DNA from: Candidatus Latescibacterota bacterium
GTDB lineage: Bacteria > Latescibacterota > UBA2968 > UBA8231
Direction of reading: 5' to 3'
Assembly (NCBI GenBank): GCA_965261395.1
Contig: OZ253462.1
Span: forward strand, 4,800,001 to 4,864,000
DNA: 64,000 nt
In this document: positions 21,100 to 29,254 of the stretch, in pieces
How the letters are laid out: each line of letters opens with the position of its first letter
Position numbering within the stretch: the first letter of the stretch is position 1
Notes under the pieces: model-generated
What the model saw: only the letters and a program-made list of their open reading frames with translations
What the model was told of the DNA's origin: nothing
The model's database searches: none
Position numbers and translations under genes: made by a program

Positions 21100-22677
21100 G
21101 GGCACCTTAGCCGATTGTTATGGCACGATTTCGGTACGTATGTGTATATTTTACAGTAACTTGTTCTATTCTTTTGCCGCCTCCCCCGCGGCACGCTCCC
21201 CTCGATTGAGAAAGAAGGGGAGCAATGCCTGCGATTCTCTCTCTGGCGCCCTTTCAGCAGCGGCAGCAGTGGGCGCGCTTTCGAAGTAGAGCGCATGAAG
21301 CCCTGGACGAGTTGCTGGATCGGGTGGAGACGCAAATGAGCGAGCACGGATCTACTCCGCCGACGTTGATGGAGATTACCGAGGCGGTGTCGCAAGAGCG
21401 CTCCGGGCTTACCGCGGCGGTGGTGGAAGCCTTCATCGAACGCCGCCACGGCCAGTTCCTGGCGCAAGAAGAGGCGGCCTGCCCGAAGTGTGAGCGCGTC
21501 CTGCGTGCGCGACCGTCGCGCTCGCGCACGGTGGAGACGCTGCTCGGGCCGGTGCCCTTGGAGCGGCCCTATTTCTACTGCGTTTCCTGTGAGCACGGCT
21601 TTTATCCGCTGGACGAGGCCCTGGGCCTGTCGGGGCACCGCAAGCAGTGGGACGTTCAAAACGCCGGGGTCAAGCTGGCGCTGGAGATGCCCCACCAGCG
21701 CGCCGCGAAGCTGCTGGACGAGCTGACCGACGCGTCGATGAGCGACTGTGTGATTCACGAGGTGCTGCAACAGACCGGGTCGTTGGACGTGCTGCAGGTG
21801 TGTCCGGACGCGGCCGACATCCAGGATCGCATTGCTCAAGCCGCCGCCGCTCGCAAGTGGCGGCCCATCGTGGTGTTGGCCATCGACGCGGCCGACGTGC
21901 CCAGTCGTCCCGAGACCGCCAAAGGGACTCGTCCGGGGCGCAAGAAGAGCCGGGCTCGGCGAAGGCGTTGGCAGGGTGAATACCACGAAGCCAAGGGCTT
22001 TCGCTTCTACTTGGTAGACGATGAGCGCATCGAGCAGCTGATCTCCTGGCACCAGATGGGCGACGAACAGGCCTTCGGCTCGGCCTTGCGCCAGGTCAAG
22101 GAGGCGGGGCTGATCCCGGAGGAGCAGGTGCGCTTGTGTGCCATCGGGGACGGAGCCCCGTGGATCTGGAAATGGGTGGAGGAACTGTTCCCGAGCGCCC
22201 GTCAGATCCTCGACTACTACCATTGTAGCCGCTACCTGCACGCGGTGGCCGAGGCTCAATACGGCACCGATGCGGCGCGCGCCAGCCATTGGCTGGAAGC
22301 GACTCTGGCGCGCCTGTTCTGCGGTGAGGGCACCGGCGTGGTTTGGGGTCTGCAGCGCATGCAGGCGGTCTCGGAAGAGGCCGAAGAAGCGATCGGCACG
22401 GCCTTGACGTACCTGCAAAAGCGATTGCATCAAGTCGATTTCGGCAGCCATCGCAAGGGCGGATACCCGATCGGGTCGGGTGCGATCGAATCGGCGCATC
22501 GCTTCATCGGCCATGTTCGTCTGAAACGCTCGGGCGCTTGGTGGTATAAGGAAAACAGCAACGCCATTCTTGCCCTGCGTTGCGCCTTGTACAATGGAAC
22601 GCTTGACCGGGTCTTTCAGCAGTACCGAGACAACCTAAAAACAACCACCAAAACCGTAACAATCACCTAATGCACCC
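21100..22677 (+). mobile_element. ISKra4-family insertion sequence (1578 bp)
   Basis: Imperfect TIRs GGGCACCTTAGCCGATTGTTATGG and GGGTGCATTAGGTGATTGTTACGG (18/24 match); 8-bp target duplication TGCTCCAT at 21092-21099 and 22678-22685. Confidence 0.92.
21225..22670 (+). CDS. ISKra4-family (UPF0236-like) DDE transposase
   Basis: CxxC...CxxC, IGDGAPWIW, ILDYYH and PIGSGAIESAHR...RLKRSGAWW motifs. Confidence 0.92.
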   Translation: MPAILSLAPFQQRQQWARFRSRAHEALDELLDRVETQMSEHGSTPPTLMEITEAVSQERSGLTAAVVEAFIERRHGQFLAQEEAACPKCERVLRARPSRSRTVETLLGPVPLERPYFYCVSCEHGFYPLDEALGLSGHRKQWDVQNAGVKLALEMPHQRAAKLLDELTDASMSDCVIHEVLQQTGSLDVLQVCPDAADIQDRIAQAAAARKWRPIVVLAIDAADVPSRPETAKGTRPGRKKSRARRRRWQGEYHEAKGFRFYLVDDERIEQLISWHQMGDEQAFGSALRQVKEAGLIPEEQVRLCAIGDGAPWIWKWVEELFPSARQILDYYHCSRYLHAVAEAQYGTDAARASHWLEATLARLFCGEGTGVVWGLQRMQAVSEEAEEAIGTALTYLQKRLHQVDFGSHRKGGYPIGSGAIESAHRFIGHVRLKRSGAWWYKENSNAILALRCALYNGTLDRVFQQYRDNLKTTTKTVTIT

Positions 22678-23514
22678 TGCTCCATTGCTCTGAGATTTTC
22701 TTTTGTTTCTTTCGCTTTTCTGTCTTTTTAGCAGTTTGTTCTTGTTTTCTCTCCAAACGGAAAGCAGCGGCAATTCGGCACGACTTCAACTCACCGTTTT
22801 CGTCCTTCACCTCAACCTCCTTTTCAAATCGAAGAAAAGAGACTGAAGCCGGTTTCGAGTCTCCTGGACGCTGGACGAGAATCTCAATTCTATTTTCCTG
22901 ATCTATTTCTTTCCGCTCGATAAAACCCTCAGTTGAATCAGGCAGCCGATATTCTATCTTTTTAATATTGCTGAGAAAGAGAAGCGTGCTTTCGTCCAAC
23001 CGCAGCAGATTTCTTTCTATTTCAGCACGAGCTTTTTCAGGTGGCTTTGCGTCATTATCAAAAGGGAAAGAGAAGTAGGTTTGTTTTTCGCCCCGAGGAC
23101 AGGAAGCCAATCCCTTCGTATCGGGCACGACTAAATCACGGATGTGGAAATGATATTCGCCTGATGTAATTTCAGGCGTCTCCGTATAGGCAAATACAGC
23201 TTTGAAACCAACACCAAACTTGCCGATGCTGGTCTGATCTTCTCTCTTTTTGCTGAAACCGATACTTGTAATAGAGTCCACATCCTCCAGAGTGAATAGT
23301 CGAGCTCCGTTGTGTTCAAATTCGACACTGTCCTCTCTGAGAGTGAAGCGCACTTCTGTTGCGTGAGCATCCTCAGCATTTTGCAGAAGCTCATAAATGA
23401 AGTGCGCGTTGTCGGGATATAGATCGGTTAGTAAACGTCTGATGCCATCATCAAAGCCGTTTTCGCGGTTCGCCTCTACCCACTTCAAACGCTTCTCTCG
23501 TAATTCTTCCAGGC

Positions 23515-26500
23515 TCATTTTATCTCCTCAATGTTGAGAACCCCATACGCCACTGGCTCCGCGACAATATCGACTTTCTCCTCGGCCCTATCCAAATCCT
23601 CAACGTGCCGGTTGTAGTCAGCCTCTGCTCGGCCTATCTGCGATCGCCGCATCCTTTGTATCCTCTCATTACTTGCATTTTCAAGCTGCTCTCCAAGGAG
23701 TGCCATCTGCGCCCGATGGCTCGTCGTCAAACTCTCTCTGCGGTACGCTGCCAATTCCTCAGTCCGTTGCCGGTGCTCTGCCCGTGCCTCAGACCACAAC
23801 CGATGATGCTGTGCCTCCAGTTCGTCCCACTCGCCCTGTTCCCCTGCCTCAGCATCCTCCGCCTTCTCTAAAAGGCGACCCAAATGCGGCACTACTGCGT
23901 CCGACGAGGCAACCAGCTTGAGCTTTAAATCTTCCCGGATGCCGTAGAATCGCCACTGATAAACGACGAACTGATACTGGCCAGTAGGCGCATCATCGTC
24001 CCGCACCTTTAGGTTGACAACGGCCCGTTCATCACTATCAAAAAAACGGGCTGCCTGTTTCACCAAAGGATGCAGTGGCATGACAAATGCGGCCTCTGGA
24101 TGCTGGGTGGCACAATCCTGCTCAAAGGTTATTTGCAGATGCTGGTCTTCCCCTTTCAGCCATGTCTCCCACTCCCGATAGGTGCTCTGCCTAGGAAGCT
24201 GTTGAAAATCGCCCAACAAGAGATTGCGCGCATCCTGTGCAAGCCTCAGCGTTTTCAGGGGCCTCTCGCCGAGGATGAAATCCCGCTCTTCCCCACATCG
24301 CTGCTGTAAATAGAGCGCGGCGAGCCTTTGTAGTGAACCCGGCGTCAACCAAAAGCTCGAAGCGTCTCTAATCTCCCTCTTCATCTGGTCTTCAGGGAGA
24401 CGAATACCAAAAAGCTTCATCTGATTCTGTTCCAATCCTTCCTGTTCTTGTATTAAGCGAATTTTATTGTCTGCCAACTGCTGGAGTTGAGCCTGGCGCT
24501 CCTCTTCACTGAAGGTATAGTTCTCGGCGATGTCCTTTATTTCTTTGGAAATCTCCCCGAGGATTTCTTCGCTACCGCCGAGAGCCTGCTCAAACACGCC
24601 TATGCGTTTGAGGCAACGCTCATAAATGTCCGCGTCAACAGTGCCCGGCGTGATCAGGTTGACGATAGCGACGCTCTCACTCTGCTGGCCGTTGCGGTCA
24701 ATGCGACCGATCCGCTGCTCCACCCGCATCGGGTTCCAAGGCAAGTCATAGTTCACAATGCAATCGCAGAACTGGTAATCCAAGCCCTCGCAACCAATCT
24801 CCGAGAACAGCAAGACATCGAGAGCGTCGCTGTCCTCACTCGATCTCTCAAACATACGCCGCAGTTCAACACGCTCCTCATCTGGCGTCCCGCCGTGGAC
24901 CATGGCGACGCGCACGCCATCCGCCCTGAGCCTCTCGTAAAGATAGTGCAGTGTGTGGCGAAAACTGCTGAACAGCATGACTTTGTTGTTAGGTAAGGCT
25001 TGCTTGTCCTCGATGATTTTGCACAGTTCCTCCAACTTGGGATCGTAGGGGTCAAGTGTGCTCGCTTTCTCAAGTACGTCCTTGATTTGAGATCGGATCG
25101 AAGCGACGACATCGCTTGGCGGGACGGGCTCCCCGTCGTCAGCCTCTTCCCATTCCAATTCGTCGAGCCGACGATTCAGAATGCTCTCAAGGAAAGGGGC
25201 CAATCCATACAGACAACTCGCCGCTTGGCGTCTAATCGTGGTCATCATAAACTTGACATTCTTATCCCCGTGAAGCCGACTGAACATGTCCGCCTGAACA
25301 GCGAGTAATTCGTCGTGAAGCTGCTTTTGGCTGGGAGTGAACTCAACATGTACTGTTTTCGGCTTTCTCACGGTGAATGCCCCAATATCGCGTCGTCGCG
25401 TCCTGTTGATCATGCTCGCAAAAGTATGCAGCACTTCCATGTCCGTGATGAGTTGGATGCGTTCATCCACAGCCACGTAGCCCTCAGCAAGTTGCCCTCT
25501 GACCCTCTTAAATTCAGGATTGTGCCTGAGAATGGCTCGTCCCCAACCCGTAGCGGCCGCTTCGTCGAGTGCTTCCATGGCCTGAGCCATCCAATCTGCC
25601 GCTTGGGTCCGCGCATGGTCCACCGCTTTATTGATAAACGGATTCGGCTCGGCCATGCGCTTAAAGCTCTCCATATCCTGAATTAGGTCGGGCCGCAGCA
25701 CGTTCAGCAGCACAAATAGGTCTTCGCTACCAAGCTGGACCGGGGTCGCGGTCAAAAAGACCGCAGACTCGGCGTAATCACAGAAAAATCGGACGGCCTC
25801 GTGAGAACGAGTGTTCGGATTGCGGATATGATGCGCTTCATCCACGATCACGAGATCGAAACGCGGCGGCGGGTTCAAATCCAGCAGTCCTTTCCCCTGC
25901 CTTCTTCTGCCCCTTCCCTCTGGTCCGTAAAGAAGTTCTTCGCCAAACAGCGAGTACGGAAGAATCGCTTTCTGATACTGAACGGGCCATTCGCCTTCCA
26001 GATCCATCTCCTTGATGCAATAACTTAGCGTTGAGCCATCCAAATGGGTGAACTGTTCGCCAAACCGCTTCATCTCACTTCTCCACTTGCCCTCGGCCAC
26101 CAATGGACGGGGACATATAATGAGTACAGACTTGATCTCCCGCCTCGCTTGCAACTCCCGCAGGATCAATCCGGCCTCAATGGTCTTGCCGACCCCGACG
26201 CCATCCGCGATCAACAGGCGCGGACGGTCTGACCGAATGAACCTCAGCACGGGCCGGAACTGATAAGGGATGAAATTGACGCGCGCCGCGTTCAGCGAAT
26301 ACAATGTCGATAGGCTGGGATGCCGAATCTGTAGCGCGGTCAGGTAGGCATGAAACAGGTCGCGCGAAAGCGGCTGCAAGCCATCAGCGGGCCGCTCCTC
26401 GGCCTGTAACTGAGAGGCATAATACGTCTGCACACTGCCATCCACAAACACCTTCACCCGGCTTTCACCTTCACCCGGCAGCACTTCCACAACCGCACCT

Positions 26501-27333
26501 TTCACAGAAGGATCGGACTTTAAGAAGACGATTTGACCTGGTACAAACACAGTTTGGTCTGGCATATATTTTTCGGCCATCTGCGAGGCGCTAGCGGCAA
26601 GCAGACGACCGAGCACTTCCAAATCGATCATTCGTGCATGTTCGCAGACAGCTAGTACTTGGTCAAAATGCTTATCGAGGTCTTGGTGTATCTGGTGATT
26701 TCCGTCCACGACATCATCGGTCACGTAGTGGACCAAAATCTCGGCTGCCTTGACTAGATGATAGAGTCCTATCAATTCGAGCGCGACCACCTTGGCATGG
26801 GCCGTTTCTTGTCCTACAAGATACTTCTTTTCAAAACCAGATTGGGCATCGCGCAGGCGGGAGGTTCGTTTCAAAACTACGTCGAGGTCGGTATAGCGAT
26901 CCTTGCGGATCAGTCGTAGCCAAACATCAAGGACTGTTGCCCAAGTGCGCTTATGCCAATCTTCCGAATCAACGGGAAGCTCATCCCAAGGTTCTTTCTC
27001 TAACCATAGCACTGCATCAGCCTCTTTATCTCCCAATACGGCAAGGATTCCCGCTCTCAATAGGAATTTCCCGGCATCGAGTGCGTCGGCCGGACGAGGC
27101 AAGGCGTGCAGCAAATAAAAGGCAGCAGCAGCGGCGAGTTGCAGTTCCCTTTGCTTTTTCTCGTCATCCGCTACGTCCTCAAGCATGAGATCGAGCACAG
27201 CCATTTCCAGCACGTCGGCAGCACGTCGGAACAATTTTTCGTCTACCAGCTTGTGCGAATTCTGTGCAAGTTGAGCTTGATTCAGCGCTTGTTGGCACAT
27301 CTCTTTCTGGTCTTCAAGCAGCCAATGACTCAT
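23515..27333 (-). CDS. SNF2/RapA(HepA)-type helicase with an extra ~256-aa N-terminal helical domain
   Basis: IPYQ, LIADGVGVGKTIEAG, DEAHH, LTATP, EGLDYQ and NYDLPWNPMRVEQRIGRIDR motifs; 1272 aa. Confidence 0.9.
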   Translation of the reverse strand: MSHWLLEDQKEMCQQALNQAQLAQNSHKLVDEKLFRRAADVLEMAVLDLMLEDVADDEKKQRELQLAAAAAFYLLHALPRPADALDAGKFLLRAGILAVLGDKEADAVLWLEKEPWDELPVDSEDWHKRTWATVLDVWLRLIRKDRYTDLDVVLKRTSRLRDAQSGFEKKYLVGQETAHAKVVALELIGLYHLVKAAEILVHYVTDDVVDGNHQIHQDLDKHFDQVLAVCEHARMIDLEVLGRLLAASASQMAEKYMPDQTVFVPGQIVFLKSDPSVKGAVVEVLPGEGESRVKVFVDGSVQTYYASQLQAEERPADGLQPLSRDLFHAYLTALQIRHPSLSTLYSLNAARVNFIPYQFRPVLRFIRSDRPRLLIADGVGVGKTIEAGLILRELQARREIKSVLIICPRPLVAEGKWRSEMKRFGEQFTHLDGSTLSYCIKEMDLEGEWPVQYQKAILPYSLFGEELLYGPEGRGRRRQGKGLLDLNPPPRFDLVIVDEAHHIRNPNTRSHEAVRFFCDYAESAVFLTATPVQLGSEDLFVLLNVLRPDLIQDMESFKRMAEPNPFINKAVDHARTQAADWMAQAMEALDEAAATGWGRAILRHNPEFKRVRGQLAEGYVAVDERIQLITDMEVLHTFASMINRTRRRDIGAFTVRKPKTVHVEFTPSQKQLHDELLAVQADMFSRLHGDKNVKFMMTTIRRQAASCLYGLAPFLESILNRRLDELEWEEADDGEPVPPSDVVASIRSQIKDVLEKASTLDPYDPKLEELCKIIEDKQALPNNKVMLFSSFRHTLHYLYERLRADGVRVAMVHGGTPDEERVELRRMFERSSEDSDALDVLLFSEIGCEGLDYQFCDCIVNYDLPWNPMRVEQRIGRIDRNGQQSESVAIVNLITPGTVDADIYERCLKRIGVFEQALGGSEEILGEISKEIKDIAENYTFSEEERQAQLQQLADNKIRLIQEQEGLEQNQMKLFGIRLPEDQMKREIRDASSFWLTPGSLQRLAALYLQQRCGEERDFILGERPLKTLRLAQDARNLLLGDFQQLPRQSTYREWETWLKGEDQHLQITFEQDCATQHPEAAFVMPLHPLVKQAARFFDSDERAVVNLKVRDDDAPTGQYQFVVYQWRFYGIREDLKLKLVASSDAVVPHLGRLLEKAEDAEAGEQGEWDELEAQHHRLWSEARAEHRQRTEELAAYRRESLTTSHRAQMALLGEQLENASNERIQRMRRSQIGRAEADYNRHVEDLDRAEEKVDIVAEPVAYGVLNIEEIK

Positions 27334-28124
27334 GGCTCACCTCCAGGTATGCGAGATGGAAGGTCACCGATGGCGCAAGGCAGATATATTGCGATCAAGC
27401 AGCATGTTGTCGGGCATTGCAGTTTTCCCGCCATAGTTATTCCTCGTGTCCGTAAATCCAACTCATTGGGCTGCGTATCCCGAATCAGAACCCCAAAGAG
27501 CGCAAGTGCCTTGTTTCCCGACTTAAGGAATATTCTAACCGCAGCTTTGAATAATGTTTCATGGTCCGTTCCTTTACAGCGTGGTAAAAGCCATATAAGA
27601 AGCTGACTAACCAAGGACAGATCGTTTGCTAAGTTGTCTATCTGGTGCATTAAACCGCTCCGACCGTTCATTACACTCGGTGGTGTCCCGGAGTGAGTGG
27701 ATGATTTCACCTCACCCAGTACGAGGCGCGTAGCCCCACCTTCAACTATAAATCCGACCAAATCTGCACCTGGAAGGCTCGCATTAGGATGCCGCTTATC
27801 GCGTTCCATGTTCCAAGGCCATGTAATTTCATACTCGCGACTCAGGTACACTTCAGCTACTGCTTCCCCCGCCGCCCAACTTGGCTTTTCACTTATTTCG
27901 GCTGCCAGGATTTCCTCAAGGCTATCTCGAGCGAATCCTGTGTCGGCTAAGTCTTGAAGATACGCTTCAAATTCGGCCTTGCCTTCTTCATCGTAAAGCC
28001 GCACCGAAACTTCGTTGGATATGAACAAATTGAACGCATCGCCGTCTTTCATACTTACACCCTGCCAAGATACCTGACGGTCCTGTCTTTTATAGTCTGT
28101 GGTTAATAGATCTGGCTCTGTCAT
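27330..28124 (-). CDS. PD-(D/E)xK nuclease resembling Hachiman HamA (DUF1837)/Cap4-type
   Basis: GEAVAE...LPGADLVG...LGEVKSS motif order; 264 aa; stop overlaps the helicase start. Confidence 0.7.
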   Translation of the reverse strand: MTEPDLLTTDYKRQDRQVSWQGVSMKDGDAFNLFISNEVSVRLYDEEGKAEFEAYLQDLADTGFARDSLEEILAAEISEKPSWAAGEAVAEVYLSREYEITWPWNMERDKRHPNASLPGADLVGFIVEGGATRLVLGEVKSSTHSGTPPSVMNGRSGLMHQIDNLANDLSLVSQLLIWLLPRCKGTDHETLFKAAVRIFLKSGNKALALFGVLIRDTQPNELDLRTRGITMAGKLQCPTTCCLIAIYLPCAIGDLPSRIPGGEP

Positions 28125-28303
28125 ACCCTCATCTCGCGGACTCTCAGCCGCGCTACCGTTTTAATTTGCCCCACCAGCACGGTCGCTTGGGGTGCTATTC
28201 TAAAAGAAATACCAATACACTGCGCTGTACACCAAGAGCAATACCACCCTTCTCATCGAATAAATCTGATCCTGCTTCCGGCTCGGCATCGACGCCGTGT
28301 CCA

Positions 28304-28348
28304 GCAGCGAGCCTAGGCGATAATCTGGATCAGTGTAGCGTCGCTCAC
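28304..28348 (-). repeat. Decayed duplicate of the first 15 codons of the mazG-like gene (18748..18792)
   Basis: GTGAGCGACGCTACACTGATCCAGATTATCGCCTAGGCTCGCTGC vs ATGAGCGAAGCTACGCTGGCCCAGCTCACTGCCCAAATTCGCTGC, 32/45 identical and ungapped; contains an in-frame TAG. Confidence 0.75.
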
Positions 28349-29154
28349 TAGCACCCCAACCCGCGCAAATACTGGCGTATCCCCGCACTCCGCCGCGCCT
28401 CACTGACCGCGTCCTCGCCCTCGTAGGCGGGCTCGCCCGGACAACTGGTCACCCAGCGGTCAAAGCCCCGCTCGGCGAGCGTGTTGAGCACCCCGGCAAA
28501 GTCGAGGCACTCGCCCTCGCCGACCGAAACCCACTCGGGATTGTAGCGTCCCGGCTCGCGCACCGTGCAAGACGTATAGTCCTGGAGGTGGACGTAATTG
28601 AGCTGGTGCCAAAAGTCGATTAGCGACTGCACTGGATCGTAGTCCCACAGCTCGGCGTGCGAGACATCGATGCACAGCCGCGCCTTGTCCAGCAAGCTCA
28701 TGTACAGCCGCCAATCCTCAGCCGAATCCACCAGCAAGTTGGTGTGGATGTGGTAGCTTAGCTCCAGCCCGTACTGGGAGGCGTACTCGGCCCACTGCTC
28801 GGCCCCCTCGGCCGCCCGCTCAATATCGGCGCGTTCCACCGGCCGCCCTTCCGGCTTGCGGCCGCTCATAAACATAAAGCAATCCACGCCCATCTCGGCG
28901 GCGAAATCCATCCGCCGCTTGTTGCGCTCGGTGTGCTCCCAGTCGCGGTCTTCGGGCGAGCCACTAGCCGTAAACACGCACAGCGGCATATCCGCGTCCT
29001 CGCACACTTGCTTCAGCCGCTTCGGCGGCCCCAACCAGTCGAGCGGCAATCGCCCCTCCCAGCCGTCCCAGCCAGCCTTTTTGAGTTCGGGCAGGGCCTT
29101 TGCCAAATCCGGCTGCCGCCAGCGCAGGGTCGCGTATCCCATCTTGAGTGCCAT
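28348..29154 (-). CDS. Sugar phosphate isomerase/epimerase (xylose isomerase-like TIM barrel)
   Basis: SYHIH, CIDVSH, YVHLQD and VGEG motifs; 268 aa. Confidence 0.85.
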   Translation of the reverse strand: MALKMGYATLRWRQPDLAKALPELKKAGWDGWEGRLPLDWLGPPKRLKQVCEDADMPLCVFTASGSPEDRDWEHTERNKRRMDFAAEMGVDCFMFMSGRKPEGRPVERADIERAAEGAEQWAEYASQYGLELSYHIHTNLLVDSAEDWRLYMSLLDKARLCIDVSHAELWDYDPVQSLIDFWHQLNYVHLQDYTSCTVREPGRYNPEWVSVGEGECLDFAGVLNTLAERGFDRWVTSCPGEPAYEGEDAVSEARRSAGIRQYLRGLGC

Positions 29155-29254
29155 AATCCGTCTCCTTTGTCGTGTGGTCTAACTTAAAGCCAAACAGAGA
29201 GCTACAAGCAACGTTCATTGCCCTTTTCTGACATCGCAACGATATTTTTTCACT

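Larger units (their letters stand above)
18789..23518 (-). pseudogene. Sacsin-like GHKL ATPase with C-terminal HNH-like Zn module, interrupted by an IS
   Basis: N-half 22678..23518 has HFIYELLQNAEDA and IGKFGVGFKAVF. C-half 18789..21091 has FHLHAPF, CQIC and LCPLC. Removing the IS and one target copy joins EQWS|IIPLLG in frame: 3144 nt, 1047 aa. Confidence 0.9.
18793..28303 (-). other. Inserted three-gene candidate defence cassette
   Basis: Three genes joined by ATGA overlaps; visibly AT-richer than the flanks, especially 18800-21090 and 22680-23500; bounded by two copies of the mazG-like 5' end. Confidence 0.7.

Noticed and set aside
18789-22514. 1241-aa ORF as a single real gene
   Set aside because: Its first ~470 codons are the antisense strand of the IS. 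Only 18789..21091 belongs to the interrupted host gene.
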